Assembly (NCBI GenBank): GCA_965153355.1
Contig: OZ231126.1
Coordinates: forward strand, 6,262,001-6,326,000
Reading direction: 5' to 3'
DNA from: Flaccisagitta enflata
Taxonomy: Eukaryota
Length of the DNA: 64,000 nucleotides
Shown here: positions 13,170 through 24,600 of the stretch, piece after piece
How the letters are laid out: each line of letters starts with the position of its first letter
Position numbering within the stretch: position 1 is the first letter of the stretch
The notes under the pieces: model-generated
What the model saw: the letters and a program-made list of their open reading frames with translations, nothing else
What the model was told of the DNA's origin: nothing
Database searches by the model: none
Program-made: the position numbers and the translations under genes

Positions 13170-15852
13170 TTAATTGGTCCTTTTTCGAATAATGAATTTG
13201 TGCTTAGTCAATTGCGCCAGATGAATTTTCGTTTTGGTTCGATCTTCGACTTTACGGACGGTGATGACGTCTTGGTTACCAGCACCTGACACATGCCGAA
13301 GAAGGTGGAGAAGAAATGGAGTAGGGGGTAGTAATGGAGGATGGAGAAAAAATTGAGTGGGGGTGATTGGCAGCGTGGAGTGAGGGAGGGTGGAGAGGAA
13401 ATGGAAAAGGGAGTGATTAGCAGCGGTGATTAATAAACGAATTCGGGAGAAAGCTAGAAAAGTCAAATATCGCTCTAACGGACCCGTCAGTAGCGGCATT
13501 CCCCCTGTAGCAAAATAAAAAGCCTTCAATGTTTTTTCTGTTGATTTCCTACTATTACAGAATTCCGTTCATAACAGAAACAATTTTTTTAAGCCACTAA
13601 ATCAACTAAGAGGGAAATTGAAAATACGGCCCCTAAGCACCATCACCTTCCTCAAGGGATTTGATAACCCTCAAGTGTAATAACCTCAACTCCAGCGCTC
13701 TCCCCCCCCCCCTCCCCACGTAATAAAACACACACCCCCTCGTTGTCAATCCTACCTATAGCCATGATAACGGCCATTTCTCTGTCTCCGCCGACCGTTT
13801 CCAAGTAAATGGGTTGACCACGATGAAACCATTTTTTATCGTAAAACAATTTCCCATTTTCGATTCGAATGCCGACGACTGACGGAGCAGCGCCGCCGCC
13901 GCTACCGCCAGCGCCGGAAATGCTACCGGAAGCGGCGCCGCTGCCGCCGGTGGTAGAACCGGCGCCACTGCCACTTCCACCGCCGCCGCCGGCGATGGTG
14001 GTGGCGGAGGACGAAGAGGAGGCGAAGACGGCGGAGGAGGACGCGGAAAAACCATCGGATAAAGCCGCGGCGGAAACGGCAGCCGCGGCGGAGGCGGAAG
14101 AGGAGGCGGAGTGTGTGGAAGGACGTGCGGAGGAAGAGGAGGAGGAAGAAGACGCCTTCTGAGACGCCCAGAGTGAAAATTTTAAGGGTAAAATTGACGT
14201 GGTTTCAATAACGAATCTACTTTGTAATCAAGGCCCTCTCGCCAAATGCATAAGTTTTTAGGTGCGACAAAGCACCTCTATAACTGGCTGTGTCCATTGG
14301 TTGGTTGGTCGGTCTGTCGGTCGGTCTGTAACGCATTCGTTCGACGATCTACACGTCGCACCTTTTTGGCCTACTTGGCCTTGTTATTCATGTCCTTCGC
14401 CCCCGACGCGTGTATCAGACAAACAGCCAAATCATAAGCGCTCAAAAGCAGGCAAACGGAGAAACAGATCGCACTAGGAAATCCATGGATTTCATAGCAT
14501 TTGGCAAGCTCACTTGGAGAAGTTTGAGATCGTCGGCGATATCGTCTTCTTCCAAGAGTAAATTGATCGCCGATTGACCGTTTTTGCCTCGTTTCGAACT
14601 CGTCTGCGCGTTACGCGTCTCCGCGTGTCTGTCAACGGCACACAACGACAACAATCAACGGAAATGAAAGCGGCAGAAGCAGACAACAAACGAAGAAGAG
14701 AAGTGGAAGCAGACAAGAACCGAGGATAAGAAGTGGTAGCAGATAACAACAACAACAACCGAGGAAAAGAGGTGGCATCGTGGCAGCAGATAACGACAAC
14801 AACCATGGATAAGAGGTGGCAGCAAGCAACAACAAAAGATAAGAGGTGGCAACGAACAACAACAACAATCAATAATAAGACGCAATCTCAGACAACAACA
14901 ACCACCGAGGATAAGCGGTGGTAACAAACAACACCCAAAGATAAAAGATGGCAGCAGACAACAACAACAACAAGATAAGAAATGACAGCAGACAACAACC
15001 AAGGATATGAGATGACAGCAAGCAACAATCATAACCCCGCGGATAATAGGTGGCAGCAAACAACAACCGAAGAAAAGATGTGGCAGCAAACAATAACGAC
15101 AAGAAGGATAAGAGATGGCAGTAAACAACAAGAAGAAGGAAAAGGGATTGCAGCAAACATCAACAGAAGATAAAACAACAACGTTAACCACAACCACAAC
15201 AACGAATATAGGGGAAGAGCAACGACGGCAAGAGCAAAACGAACGAAGGGGGAAAAAAGAAAAATTAATATTAATTTCAAGCGTTTCGAATGCAAATGAG
15301 AGAAGCTTCGCGACACTTAACGTTGAAAAGTGGACAAATAAACTAACTGTGGAAGATTCTTATCTTTGCATTCCATCCAGATCAATGTCTTGTAACTCGA
15401 TTAACTGATGCGAAACAGTCTGTCCGCCAGTGTGACAATGAGTCGGTAACCATTTCAAATGAGAGTAACTGATAACCACGTAACATTTATTAGGAGATTA
15501 AGGTGCTTCATCATGCTTAATACACTACGTCAATTCGTAAGAAAAGAAAGGAACTACTACTGCTGCTGCTTCGCCATCGTTTGAAAAAAAAGTAACCTTT
15601 GTATTTCAACCCTTCTCGGCATCGCCACCGGAATGAACAGATCCCTTTTAGCGATTTTTGCGTGTTTAAATTTCGAACTGAAAACATGATCGCGAAAACA
15701 ATAAAATAAAGCCAATATGAGTGACTGACTTGATTTATTAAATGGATGAATGTTCGAATAAACTCAAACATTCAGTATAAGGATTTAAAGATCATCTGAG
15801 CCTCACTTTTCATATTTCTTTAATAAAGCGTGACTAACAGACAGACAAACAA

Positions 15853-15903
<51 letters not shown>

Positions 15904-18900
15904 GGACCTCTAACAGAGGTGCAAGGACGAATATAATGATGTTGTGCCATGCGATAAGTGGATGCATAGGTGGCGTTTATTAATTTTTTCTCATAACCAT
16001 GCGTCCATGCCCTATTGGATATATATCAATATAATCCGGACGCCTTTCGCGCCTGTGGCTGATTTCTACGCCATTGTTCACTTGCACAAAGAGCATCAAA
16101 TCATGTTTGGCTTACCGCTTCCTGAGTGTTCTAGTGACTGGTTTCTGATCCATGGCGTCGTAAAGCGACGTCATGAGTCGCGAGGACGCGGTCCCAGTCA
16201 AGTCCATACTTTGCCTTTCCGCTTCCACCTGCAACGAAAAGGTGACAAATGTCCCATTGACTAGGCCAGATTTCGACTTCAATGTGCTACACTTGTCAGG
16301 AAGGATTAAGAAAAGAACAGAAAGCTAACCATATATTTGGACAGCGTCACATATCTTGACATTGGATTGGTAAGGCACCTGTTTTTTCTTTTCCTCCAGA
16401 TCTGAGATGAGCGTTTCTCTGAGTTCGACTTTTCTTTCCTCGAATTCTTTTACAGCGGCTTTGATTTCATTCCGATATTCATTTTCAATCTGCAAATATT
16501 CAATGATTATTCGTAAATACAATTTTTAGTACAATATACACTTTTTTTTATAAGAACGTCATTTTTTTTTCGAAGGCTTCATGTTCTTATTTTTAAGATC
16601 AAATGAAGCCTTCAACGTTCTTAGAGTGTTCCAATTTAAAATACTATATAAACTATAAGGAACCTTACAATATACCATTATTTGATTACATTAAATATAT
16701 TTCTATTGAATACTATTAAAACAAATGCTAAACAATAATGTCTGGGGATATTTTCTTGGTTTTTATATTAGAAATTAAAGAATTTTATCTTAATTATACT
16801 AAAGTGTTAGTGTTTTGTTAATATTCTTTAAATGTTACTTTAAGCGAAATTTTTTTCTCAAGATTTGAAGCCTTTGTATGTTCTTAAGATGTTCTTAATT
16901 TTGGGGCTATTCGAAGCCTTGATGTTCTTATAAACTAGGTTCTTAAAAAAAAGATCAGACCCAGCTACTCGATCAGACCCAGCTACTCGATCAGACCCGG
17001 CTACTCGATCAGACCCGGCTACTCGATCAGACCCGGCTACTCGATCAGACCCGGCTACTCGATCAGACCCGGCTACTCGATCAGACCCGGCTACTCGATC
17101 AGACCCGGCTACTCGATCAGACCCGGCTACTCGATCAGACCCGGCTACTCGATCAGACCCGGCTACTCGATCAGACCCGGCTACTCGATCAGACCCGGCT
17201 ACTCGATCAGACCCGGCTACTCGATCAGACCCGGCTACTCGATCAGACCGGCTACTCGATCAGACCCGGCTACTCGATCAGACCCGGCTACTCGATCAGA
17301 CCCGGCTACTCGATCAGACCCGGCTACTCGATCAGACCCGGCTACTCGATCAGACCCGGCTACTCGATCAGACCCGGCTACTCGATCAGACCCGGCTACT
17401 CGATCAGACCCGGCTACTCGATCAGACCCGGCTACTTGATCAGACCCGGCTACTCGATCAGACCCGGCTACTCAGACCCGGCATACCTGGAAGTCCATGA
17501 TGGCATACCTGGAAGTCTATGATGGCATACCTGGAAGTCTATGATGGCATACCTGGAAGTACAACAATAAAAAATGATAACTACGGAAATTTCAAAAAAA
17601 ATAATTTCAAAACAAAATTTCAAAAATTTCAAAAAAAAAAAAAAAATTTCTTTAAAAAAAAAAATTCCAAAAAAAAAAAGAAAAAAAAATTCAGAAAAAA
17701 AAATTTTCAAAAAATTTTAAGTCCAGAAATTAATGTTACTAGACTAGATACATCATAAGTACCCTTATATTTTCTTAACCAATACTCAGAATCTACTGAA
17801 ATCTTGCAGGGGAGCTTTAATTGATGCAATTAACCTTCACAACAAGTTTGAACAATATTGGTGAACCTTTACTACCCTTCCCCTATGTAATTAGCACAAG
17901 TCCAGGAATTACTATTACTAGCAAAATACCCTTATATCTTCTAAACCAATACTCATAATTATCTGAAATCTTGCAGGGGAGCTTTAATTGATGCAACGAC
18001 CCTTTACAGCAAGTTTGAACAACATTGGTGAACCTTTACTACCCTTCCCTTATGTAAATTGCACAAGTCCAGGAATTAATATTACTACAAAAATAATAGG
18101 CAAAGGGTATTGAATATTTATGAATGTTGTTGAAAGTTGGTACACAGGTTAGTACAGAGGAAGGCGAAATATAAAATGTGAACCCCCTAAAACTGTAGCA
18201 CCCCCCCTTACAGATCAAACTACATCAATAAATAATTTATATTAGGTTTTCAATTATAGCTTAGGACTATACAAGTGGCGCCACCAGGGCGATATTGAAA
18301 TTTCCACTCCAGTTCAAAATTATAGTACAAAAACCTTATTTTTATGAATATTTAAAATTAGTTCATTTTAACATGTTTATTAGTTATATTTTGAGTTAGA
18401 GGTCAAAATTTAAAAATCGCTCTGGTGGCGCCACTTCTATTGATACAAACATTCTTTCTTTACTCTAAAAATCTCTGTATATTGATTAGAGCTGTAGGTG
18501 GGGGTGCTACAGTTTTTAGGGGGTTTACACCTTGTATTTAGCACTTCTCTGTAATGCCCTAAAAATAACACTGACCAAGTTTCATCAACATCTGAGTACT
18601 GGTTCTCAAGTTTTCAAGGGTTGACACAACGAACAAACAAACAAACAACGACTCACTACACGAAAGGAATTTTCAAGGCTATGTTATAGACCACATCGAG
18701 AAATAACTCAATGTGGCCAAAAAGTGTATTTGTTGCTATTTGTTTAATTTGTTCATATACAGAACCAATGACATTACAGTGAGAGGGGCAGTCAAAATCG
18801 CTAGCAACCCTACCTGCAGCTCAAATGGTTACTACCACATGGAAAATAAAGGTGGCGCCCAACAACTTGTCCCAATTCAATTCCCGCCATCGAGGCGATT

Positions 18901-20830
18901 TCCTAATTTCAACGTAGTTTTCAAGATACAGCCCTTTTTAGGGTGAAAATCAGCTATTTTCTGAGGTGTTGATTTAGCTAATTTATGACCAATATCTTCG
19001 GAACTATGAAGAAATTCAAAAAACGCCTCGATGGCGGGAATAGTATTGGGATAAGCTATCAGCCAGTACCTCAGTTTTCCCTGTAATATTGTCCATCCAA
19101 GCTGTGGGTAGGGGTGCTAGCGATTTTGCTGCCCCTCTCATTATATTATCATTGCGACTGTAAACGTTAATTTCAGAGTTGAAACTTTTTCAAGATTCCG
19201 TCTTTCCAATGAGTAAATCACTACCAACTAGTCAGTCCTATCATTTACGACGTTGGCGCCCTCGCAGCATGCTGGAATGATGATCAGCTTTACCATCTAC
19301 AGTTCTACACTACACAATAGCATAACAGGAGTTCATACGAAGTCATAGGAAAGTTCTCTATCAAAAGGATATGACTCAAAATCATGTACACATACAAACC
19401 ACAACAAAAAATTGGCCCTGGCACCTCTCAAAATTACCGCCGCCACCCCACTCATATCCCATAGAAAATGTACAGGAAGGATTTTTGCCTATGTTTTACT
19501 ATGGGAAAGGGGGCAGGTGGCGGCGCCAATTTATAGGGGTTCCAGGGCTAAATTTTTTTCATGGAACATCTGTAAACATGATTTTGGGCCATATCCCTCT
19601 GATAGAGAACTTTTCTAGGAAATCGTATTGATTGTTGTTAGGCTACTACACAACAACGACGCACCTGTTGGAGCTCGTATTCCCGGGCCACTTCTCGGTA
19701 ACGACACGTTTCGCGATGCGCGGCTTCGAGTTTTTTCAGTTTCTTGTTGTATTCCGGCAGAGTGCCCTCTTCCAGACGTTTCAACTGAGTCTTTAGACTA
19801 TTCAGTTTGTCCTGATACATTTGTTCTTGAATGTCGGCTGTATCCAGGTTGCCATTGTCCTGTTAATCGTATTGGAAGGAAAAGTATTGAGTAAATAAAA
19901 GACGGCGGTCAGGTGTTGTGAGTGATGAACAGGTGCCGAGGATGGCGAGGATACAAATCATGGCGGGATCAATTGAATTACGTGTCTATTGGTAGCGTGG
20001 AAAAGTTGAGTCAGCGTATGACGCAGCATTGAATATTTGTCAGTGAAGTAGATCTGATAGTGCTATGATATTTAATTTTTTATATAATGTAACTATGAAG
20101 CCGCTGAATACAAATAATTAACGAACAGCAACATTTAGGCAGCGGCTTTTAGCAAATTCCTGTTTTTCTAGCTAAAACAAGGCCAAGTTAAGGCCAATAA
20201 GTGCGCCTCGCTTGATTAAGAATTTGTGAATGAACTTTTTGATGAATGAATGAATTAAAATGAATGTAGTAAGGCATGAAAGGTGATAGGAATGAAGAAA
20301 TACGTCAGAATCCGTTCTTTTGCTTATTTTAAACGTTTGCGTGACCGACCGACCGACCGACCAACCGACCGACCGACCGACCGACCGACGGACATGACCT
20401 CTTATAGAAGTGCGAGGACGCACTTAAAAACCAGGAGCGATGATGACTGGGGATCTTCAATCGATTACATATTTACCGATACACCCTGGAAGGTTTTCGA
20501 AAAAGGGGCCCTTTAAGTTAAAGTCTAAGGTACCCTTGGATGCAAAAAGGCACTTCCAAGAGACCCTCCAAGTTAAAACCTTATTATCTCCCTTGCTCTC
20601 ACCGCTTCGTCCGACGATCTTGCGTCTTCCGTATCTTCGTCGGAATCCTCTCCATCGCTCATTCGTCTCCGCGAAATGTCCTCAAACGAAGTCGGTCCTC
20701 TTCCTCTTCCCACTCCCCCTCCTCCCCTCGCCGACATGGTCGTCGTCGTCGTCCGTTCGTCGCCGGAACTGTCCATGTCCGCCGGCAATTTCTCCACCGC
20801 CTTGACGCCGCCTCGCCACTGCTTCTGCAT
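13170..20830 (-). CDS. SUDS3: Sin3 histone deacetylase corepressor complex component SDS3
   Basis: Exons 20830-20603 (start codon uncertain), 19859-19665, 16489-16379, 16228-16116, 14628-14514, 14158-13756, 13285-13170, all GT-AG and in phase. The motifs SDEDTEDA, EQMYQDKLNSLK, KAAVKEFEERKVELRETLISDLEEKKK and RIENGKLFYDKKWFHRGQPIYLE match SDS3. Confidence 0.93.
14640..15200. repeat. Degenerate ~35-bp minisatellite in a SUDS3 intron
   Basis: GATAAGAGRTGGCAGCA...ACAACAAC units abutting the acceptor at 14629. Confidence 0.75.
16954..17480. repeat. 18-bp tandem array (ATCAGACCCGGCTACTCG), about 29 units
   Basis: Direct inspection. Variant arrays (TCTGACCCGGCTACTCAG) at ~11408-11656 and ~59415-59610. 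Confidence 0.95.
18155..18551 (+). mobile_element. MITE, internal-deletion derivative of the 48290-58387 element family
   Basis: Same TIRs as the large element; 18265-18551 aligns with 58097-58387. The empty site caggttagTAatgccc is seen in the paralogous repeats near 12311 and 60250, which shows the TA duplication. Confidence 0.92.
18760..19160. mobile_element. TA-flanked MITE family B, copy 1
   Basis: CAG...CTG ends, ~60-bp imperfect TIR (GAGAGGGGCAG..AAAATCGCTAGCA..CC), TA on both sides. Homologous to 36919-37320. Confidence 0.82.
19335..19628. mobile_element. Degenerate foldback MITE
   Basis: ~110-bp imperfect inverted arms (AAAGTTCTCTATCA...GGATATG..CAAAATCATGT and its reverse complement). 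Confidence 0.6.
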
Positions 20831-21649
20831 CGTGTCCCTTTTTTTTGTTACCGTAATACCTTAATTTGCAAAGTCGTTATTCCTCTCGAGGCTAAGAATG
20901 CAATTTATCGCTACAAGAAACGATGTAATCGTAGTTTTTTTTCCTTTTTCACACTTTATCGTCCAGGAAATTGTCCGCCGCGAAAGAGAAAACGGGGTAT
21001 ATTGGAGTGACCATGGATGAAAGAATCAACCCATCGCCCCACCGAATTTCTTTCTTTTTTTTAATTACTCGGCAAAAGGGAATCAGAATGAGAACACCAA
21101 TCAACGATCACCAAGGAACGATTACTTCCGAAAGATCGCTCAATGAACGATCGATGAACGCTGACCCAACCTCATTTTGTTTTTCAAGTTCTTTCTCGCG
21201 TTTCAAGAATTCTCCCTTCTTCTGAGATGACTCATCGTAAAGAGAATCTGAAATTTTTGTGTGTTTTTTTTTTTTTTTTTTGGCACGATAAATCAAAATA
21301 TAAGCGAATGGAAGCTGAGAACATATCGAAATTATATGATAAAGAAAATATTTAAATTTCTTCGCTAAGAGAGAGTTTACCGTCTCTCAAATTTCAAATA
21401 CGAGATATTATAACGCAATAGATTTTTTATTAGGTGCCTGTAATCATTTTTTTGATAAAATTTTTAAAAGTCACATGAAACTCACAAACTATACTCGAGT
21501 TTTACTATCGTCTTAATTTGTATATCTGTTTTCAGTCATAGACGCGACGCAGATCTCGGATAGGAATGAGGGAGGAATGATGGAACGTCTCCTTACTGAT
21601 CCTCTTCCTCTTCCTTCTCCCCCTTCCGGTCTTGGATCTAGATTTCATC

Positions 21650-24600
21650 TTATTTTCCGGCGCTGACGAGTCCACGATTCATGTCTTCGAATTTGAGGAT
21701 CTGACGAATGAAGAAGTCGCCGTAACGCCGAGCCACCTTCGTGTCCGCGATGTGGATCATGTCCTTGTCGATGTAAAAGTCGACCTGGAGAGACAATTAT
21801 GATTGATTGATTGATTGATTGACTGCCGAGACACTTTCGTGTCCACGATATGAATCATGTCCTTGTCGATGAAAAAGTCGACCTAGAAAGGCAAGATTGA
21901 TTGATGGATTGATGGACAGACAGATAGATTGATTGATTGACAGACAGATGGATTGACTGACTGCTGGATTGATTGCCGAGCCACTTTCGTATCGGCGACA
22001 TAAATCATGTCCTTGTCGATGGAACAATCAACCTGAACACAATAGAGATGGAAACAATGAAGACTACGAACCTGTAAGAAGGGGGGAGTACAATGTAGTC
22101 AAATAACACACACAAGGTTGACACATGGCACACAACTTCTCACGGGCCACGGACCATCGACAAAAAAAAACATGCGTGCGAAGTCGCCCCGCACACCATA
22201 GTACGTAAGCTCTAATGTTCGGTCATTCTCGCAGACATATCCCTCGCAAACGCGCAGTTTCACCCAATCAGCCATCAAAACCCCATCCTAACACCCAACC
22301 TCAAAACCTCCTCCATGTACCTCGGACGAAGACTGCAATTCTCCTTCTAGACCCGAGGAGCCGCTGCCTTTGGTCCAAACGACATTCTTCATCTTATGCT
22401 TGAAGGCGAGGAGATGCGTTTTCAGCACGCGCTCGTCGATCTCCATGAAGGCCGCCAATTTCGAGATCGGCATCGTCGTGTACAGCTTCAAGTACGATCT
22501 GGTTTTTTTTTACAGAAGCAAATTCTATTGGCTGACCCTTACCTTTTGATGGAAAATAACAAATTTCCATAATTCAATCCTAAATCCTACGTTGTTGTTG
22601 TTGTCGTCGTCGTTGTTGTTGTTGTCTTTTACTCTTCTTACTTCCAAATTCCCGCCCCGCTCAATAACTCCCGCTCACACTCAATAACCCAAACCCCCGC
22701 CCTCACCTGATGGTAGGCAGCCAGATTTGCTGTTCTACTTCGTCCTTGAAGACATTAAGCTGCTGCAAGTAAGGTTCTTTGCCTGTGCTTCCGGCTGGTA
22801 GGTCGTAATTGGGCGAAACCGGGGACAGGAATTTGGGGCAGGCGAAGCGGAAAGCCTCTTCGAACTCACCCATGTCACCTTTAGCCATCTTGGGCATCTT
22901 CTCACCGAATTTCTCCTGAGAAAGAAATCATCCGGAAGAAAGAGTGAATTGAAAGAAATTGAAAGAAATAATCGAAGAAAGAGTGAATTGAAAGAAATTG
23001 AAAGAAATCATCGAAGAAAGAGCGAATTGAAAGAAATTGAAAGAAATTATCGAAGAAAGAGTGAATTGAAATATATTGACAGAAATTGAAAGAAATCATC
23101 GAACAAGAGTGAATTGAAAGAAATTGAAAGAAATCATTGTAGACAGAGTGTATTGAAAGAAATCATCAAAGAAAGAGTGAATAGAAAGAAATTGAAAGAA
23201 ATCATCGAAGAAGAGTAAATCTAGAGAAATCATCAAAGAAAGAGTGAATTGAAAAAAATCATCGAAGAAAGAGTGAATTGAAAGAAATCATCGAAAAAAA
23301 GAGTGAATTGAAAGATATCTAAAGAAATCATCGAAGAAGAGTGAATTTAAAGAAATTGAAAGAAATCATCAAAAAAAGAGAAAGAATTATGTTTTTTTTT
23401 AAAGATAAATATGATGGAATGATTTCCATTTTTGCCGACATATAAATCATATTTGTGGGTTGTGTTTTTGGTTGATATGGTTGGAACAGGCGGTGTTGCC
23501 TTCCTTCTCTAACTGAGTTTTTATTACCTTGAGTTGCGAGTGAACGCTTTCGTCGATGCGAGTGGGATGCAACGTTAGGGCGATGGCCAAAAGAGCGTAC
23601 ATCTGATCGTGTTGTTTGTTGATCAACTCCACTTGGAAATTCTTATGTTGGAAGATCTGAGCGGGGAAATGGAATCGTATGATCATTATGGTGTACATCT
23701 CGTTGCTAAGATCTCGCACGCATCTTCGCTGCTTCACATTGCTGAAAGATCTTTCGCTAGTCACGTGAGGTCTTCTCTTTTTAGTCGCGGACTAGCGACT
23801 CTATAAGGGGCTTTGTCCGTCCGTCGGTCGGTTGGTCGGTCGATTAGTCGGTCCGTAGAGGTCATCGAGTTGAGAAAGTGCGAAAACGCGCATTTCCGCC
23901 CCTGCCCACCCGTCCGCGACTGGTATTGGCCGTGTATCCGGCCTTGTTCAAAAGCAGACAGAATGGTGACGTAAAGCAAATACGTACTCTTTTGCTCATT
24001 ACAACGAATATGTGCCTTGGAATGAAAGGGCGTAAATACCTAGAGGCAAAGGGACTCTCCCGAATTATAACCGACCTGCTTGGTCCTCTGAATGTAGAGG
24101 AGAATGTTGACAAAAGTTCGAATGGCGTCTTGATAACGGCGCATCATCAAATACGCGAAACCGACAAAGTAGTACGTCGTCACCTGTTCAACGGAAACGA
24201 ACGAAGGAGATTAAGAAAACGAAAAATTATAGGAAAAGGAATACTAGTACAACAGTAGCTATACAATTGTATATAACAGTATATTATTTGAAAATACTCG
24301 GATCGGTGCGTAATGCACGCAGGCACAATACACACTTACTTGACAGGCCGGTACTCGAGAGTACATGGTCTTCTTGTTGATGTCGATGTTCTCGAGAATG
24401 TGTATGGCTTGATAAAAGTCGCCCAACAGCGAATGAAGTCGGCAGAGTCCGATGAGAGAGAAGTAGCCCAACATCTTGTAGAGCGAGTGCATTCCAAACT
24501 CACCGGCGACTGTCTCCGGATCACCACCCGCCGCGAACACCTTTTCGTTAAAATGACAGACAGGAGATGATTATCGACTATCGAGTCAAGGCACACTGTG

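Larger units (their letters stand above)
16953..18718 (-). mobile_element. Long DINE-1/HINE-like element, copy 2 (one end missing, interrupted by a MITE)
   Basis: Body aligns with copies 1 and 3. The terminal hairpin differs (GACCACATCGAG...CTCAATGTGGCC). Confidence 0.75.
16539..18726. mobile_element. TA-flanked CAC...GTG MITE (~420 bp) split in its right TIR by the long HINE-like element
   Basis: TA|CACTTTTTTTTATAAGAAC ... GTTCTTAAAAAAAAG [insert] AAAAAGTG|TA. Confidence 0.7.

Noticed and set aside
13869-14162. Plus-strand Pro/Glu-rich ORF (similarly 8778-9203, 33701-34063, 43088-43429)
   Set aside because: Antisense shadows of minus-strand exons.
16954-17480. Regular short repeats (also the 37-bp array at 26930-27185) resembling a CRISPR array
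   Set aside because: Head-to-tail units with no unique spacers, no cas genes, and a eukaryotic context.
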